Assembly: GCA_964016885.1 (NCBI GenBank)
Contig: OZ024741.1
Location: 72,416,001-72,480,000 of the forward strand
DNA: 64,000 bases
Direction of reading: 5' to 3'
From: Eledone cirrhosa
Lineage: Eukaryota
Both the position numbers and the translations under genes were made by a program. This document shows, piece by piece, positions 59,440-64,000 of the stretch. The notes below the pieces were generated by a model that saw only the letters and a program-made list of their open reading frames with translations, was not told the origin of the DNA and ran no database searches. Each line of letters starts with the position of its first letter. Within the stretch, counting starts at the first letter, position 1.

Positions 59440-59551
59440 TTATATGTATGTATTGATATATATATATGTGTTTATATATATGAATATATATATATATATA
59501 TAAGCATATACATTTTATATATTCATAAGTATACATGCATATATACATATA

Positions 59552-59628
<77 letters not shown>

Positions 59629-59683
59629 GTATATACGTATATATATATATATGTATGTGTGTGTGTATGTATATATATATATA

Positions 59684-59758
<75 letters not shown>

Positions 59759-60333
59759 TTATAACGAAAATGATTTATCCGTGCCTTTCGTCGATGTGTA
59801 TTCGTGTAGTTCAATTAGCTAAACTACCAACTCATAAAATTATAGTGTAGGGGGTTTAATATTTCTCCGTATTTCACATAAGCTTGTGTCGTTATTGTAA
59901 CACTCAGGTAGAATCATTGTAACACAGTTTGTGGCAAAGCTGTTCGTTCGAATTAGATGTACAGTCTATCTCTCACTAAAATTTCATAGTTACAACCGAA
60001 TTTCATTTGGATTAAACTGATGCTAGTATGAATGGTACTTATCTCAAATCTAACTCATTCCATTGGAACCCGAGACCTCATGTTTGATAAAGGAACTTTC
60101 TAATTACTCAGCCATGTCTAGGCCAACTGATCCGGCTGGATGCCCAAGCATGACCAGCTAATCTCATGTATGTTATCCGACAATCTTACTCGAGGTCTAT
60201 CCCTGGCTTTCTTGCCGTTTGGTTTTGCCCGTAAAATCTGTATAGCGATTCTTTCCTGTGACATTGTAACCACATGCTAATAGTATGAAAGCATTCGTAC
60301 ATACTTCGATATATAGAGAAAACACTCACACGC

Positions 60334-60481
<148 letters not shown>

Positions 60482-60904
60482 TTACAACAAGGATATGATT
60501 GTTGCTAGATATATATTGTAGCGTCAAATTATATGTCTTCAGACTCTCTGTTCCTATATGTAGACCTTGTCTGTATATTTCTCCCTGTTTGTCGAACTTT
60601 TTGTTTACAATTCGAAATGCTCTTTCTATCATTTAATCACTTTTCCTCTGCATTTGTCTTTCAGCTATAATTATAATTTGAATTTCATTTAATTTTTATC
60701 GTTCACCTACTATTGTTAACCTTTGTGCTTCCAGTATTCTGATGGAAGACTATTCCAATATTCTTGTAAATCTAAAATCAATTTATTTTAAGCTCATACC
60801 CATCTCTTCTTCTTCTTCTTCTTCTTCTTCTTCTTCTTCTTCTTCTTCTTCTTCTTCTTCTTCTTCTTCTTCTTCCATCAAATCAGTTCATCTACATTGG
60901 TGAA

Positions 60905-61200
60905 GCGCCAGTATTAATGGATATCATGGCCCTATAGTCGATGCTTTATTTCCTCAGTTCCAATGTTGATACCTCTTCCTCTCGGTGTCTTACATAGTGT
61001 CCTGCTGACTTCCTCCACCTTAGATAATACAGGTGGTGGATCTCCATACTTCTTCCACTTGGACAACCCTCAAATGGCACGAATACCGAATTGAAGAGAG
61101 CGCTTTTGGCTTTTATAAATACCTCCCTTCTTCTGAAGACCGATTGCTGAAGCTGGCACACTGCTGCAATTCTTACACTTAATTGGAATGTCCCAGGAAA
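60905..61200 (-). pseudogene. RTE-clade LINE fragment
   Basis: RIAAV..LQQSVFRRREVFIKAKSALFNSVFVP; GCPSGRS..RWR..VR. Confidence 0.6.
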
Positions 61201-61477
61201 TAGGTGGATAGATTTTACGGACAAAACCAACCCTCACAAGACCCGAGCAAGATGGCTGCATAACATCCATAAGATCGGCTGGTCTCGCTTAGGGATCCAT
61301 CTTGATCAACTGGAGACAGTTACACTCATCGGGACTCGCTAGAAGGCGTGTTTAAGGACTTTTCCCCCACGACCCTCCCAGAAATATTAATTGAATGAGT
61401 ACACAATATCTGTGAGTAAATTATTTTAAAGTAGAAATCTGAGGTGCTTCATCATATGAAGCAACTAAGTGTGTGTG

Positions 61478-61608
<131 letters not shown>

Positions 61609-62484
61609 ATGAGTTTATGTGTACTTGTGTGCATGGAATAAAGGAGTCAAAATGAACAGGGGAAAAAGTATTCAGTATATGTAGAGGAAATTTCTTCCGC
61701 CGACATTATGTATGTTACGATTTAGTCTCATGCATGTTATGTTTCCTCAGAAGACGTAGAAACGCTGAGTTGTGGCGAAACGTTATCAGCCGAACAGCTT
61801 TAATATATATATATATAAACATATATATATATCTACTATATAAATTGGAAGTGGTCGGACGTTGTATATTTAAGTAAGTAGGTGTAGTCGGATAAACGTC
61901 AAAACGGCTTGGTGGAATGCAGCGAAAATTTACACAGTTATGCAGAATGACCCGAGAAGGCGTTGAGTCGACTTTCAAGCTACAAGCTTCCATGGTTACG
62001 GAGAAAATCGATGAAACAGGAATTTCCCATTCAAATTGAACTGAGAGTAAACTGTGAACGCAGAAGTAAATATTTCGAGAAACGTTGCAACCGAACGAAA
62101 GCAAGAAGACGATATTTTGGTTCATGAAGACGTTCCCTGGCAATGAACGGGAAAAAAGCGAGGATAATACGTCGTTATGGGGAGCGTGAAGAACAATTTC
62201 ATGCAAAGACAAGACCAAGTTTATGGTATAAATGGAGTCGTTAGACTAATATTCTATTTAAAATAACAGAATGATTTCCAGCCCCGGAGTTTAAGAATGA
62301 TGTAAATAAAATTGAAAATGAAAATGACAGAGGTTATTAAAATAGTAAAAGTAAATAGTGAAGATTTAGACCAGTACATACGTATGCCCCGACGGACATA
62401 CACATACATACGCACACACAAATACATACACACCCACAAACACACACACGCACACACACACATACACATACACACACACACGCT

Positions 62485-64000
62485 TATGTATAAACTTATA
62501 TTTGATATCCTGTCTAAATTTCCTCTTAGACGTAATACTAATGTTAGACCAAACATTAACAAATCGGAAATGTCTGCACTTAAACGTATACAAAATGATA
62601 AAACAATAATAATTAAACAAGCAGATAAAGGGGGTGCAATTGTTATAATGGATGCTGAATACTACAAAGATTTGGTTGAGGAACAACTGAAAGACACAAC
62701 ATTCAATCATGAAATACCGTCAAATATAGACCACAACATCATGAAGAAGATCAACAACCTGGCTTCAAAATACCACAACTCACTTACTGATAATGAAAGA
62801 GACTACATCACCAATTTTGAGCCAAAACCCAGCAACTTTTGGCTTACCGAAAATTCATAAGTCAAAAGAAATCCAACTGGCAGTAAAAGAACAAAAAAGT
62901 GAGTACATTAAGTTACTACACCCAAAAGACTTAAAACTTAGACCTATTATAGCTGGTCCAACATGCCCTACCCACCGTCTAAGCAATTTTGTTGACATTA
63001 TTTTGAAAGCACTATGTATTCACATACACAGTTTTATCCGGGATGATATCGACTTCCTGTCCCATCTTCCCAAAACCACGGAAACGAATTCACTTCTACT
63101 TAGTTTTGATGTGGTAAGCCTTTACACCAACATTACACATGATTTAGGAATAAAAGCCGTTAAATACTGGGTGGAAAAACAGAAAAGTGATTCCCACCAG
63201 ATTCACACATTAGACGCAGTCAGACTTATTCTGGAAAACAACACATTCTTCTTCAATGGAAAGAATTACATCCAAATTAGAGGCACAGCGATGGGAACGA
63301 AGTTTGCCCCCGTTTACGCGAACTCTGTAATGGATACTTAGAACAACAACTCTACCAAGAAATAGAGGAAAAATATAGCACTGACTTTAGAAAGTACATT
63401 GAAAAGTCTTGGAAGAGATACCTTGACGACTGTTTCATCATCTGGACAGAATCTCTAGATACTCTGGATGAGTTCAATATCCTCCTGAATAAACTACACC
63501 CATCTCTTCAATTTACAAAAGAGATGAGTAGTACCAAATTACTATTACTAGATATAATGGTAATCAAAAACGACACCACCATTACCACGTATATATACTA
63601 TAAACACACAGACACTCATCAATATCCGAATTTTAAGTCGTGCCATCCACCTCATACAAAACACAACATCCCATACTGCCTAGCCAGAAGAATTTGTACC
63701 ATTGTAGAAGATACGAATACCAGGAACAAACGCCTAACAGAACTGAGAGAATTTTTGCTCAAACAAAAATACCCATCGCTACTTATAGAAAGTGGCATAC
63801 AACGGGCTATAAAAATACCTATACAACAACTTAGGACAACCCAAGGAAGAATAAACCAAGAACTGGTCATACCATTTATAATGGCACATAACCCATGTCA
63901 CCAGAATATCTTCAACACTGCCAAAGCAAACCTACCGATCATTGCTCAAAGTAATGAATTAAAAGGTTTAATCACAGATCGAGCTTTGATTCTTAGTAAA
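62485..64000 (+). pseudogene. Penelope-like element reverse transcriptase (Neptune-like), frameshifted, runs off the window
   Basis: IKQADKGGAIVIMD, GLPKIHK, LRPIIAG, SFDVVSLYTNI, GTAMGTKFAPVYAN, WKRYLDDCF, YYKHTD, SCHPPHTKHNIPY. Confidence 0.93.

Overview
Repeat-saturated, AT-rich, non-genic animal DNA. It is probably cephalopod (octopus-like), an inference from the SINE type and the extreme (TA)n/(CA)n/(CATA)n/(GGT)n content. I see no credible host gene: nearly all ORFs in the track are translations of simple repeats. Recognisable elements are Penelope-like retroelement (PLE) pieces (one RT region, three GIY-YIG endonuclease regions), CR1-, R4/Dong-, CRE- and RTE-like LINE fragments, a decayed DD37D (maT) Tc1/mariner transposon, two hAT-type MITEs, a probable non-autonomous Helitron and tRNA-derived SINEs. 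The striking feature is about 15 mostly unrelated short fold-back (inverted-repeat) elements inserted in (TA)n tracts. Most carry a type I hammerhead ribozyme motif (CUGANGA-stem II-GAAA-palindromic stem III-NUH) and share one polarity: (TA)n, inverted arm, HHR, sense arm, unique tail, (TA)n. All alignments and folds were done by eye, so boundaries are approximate.
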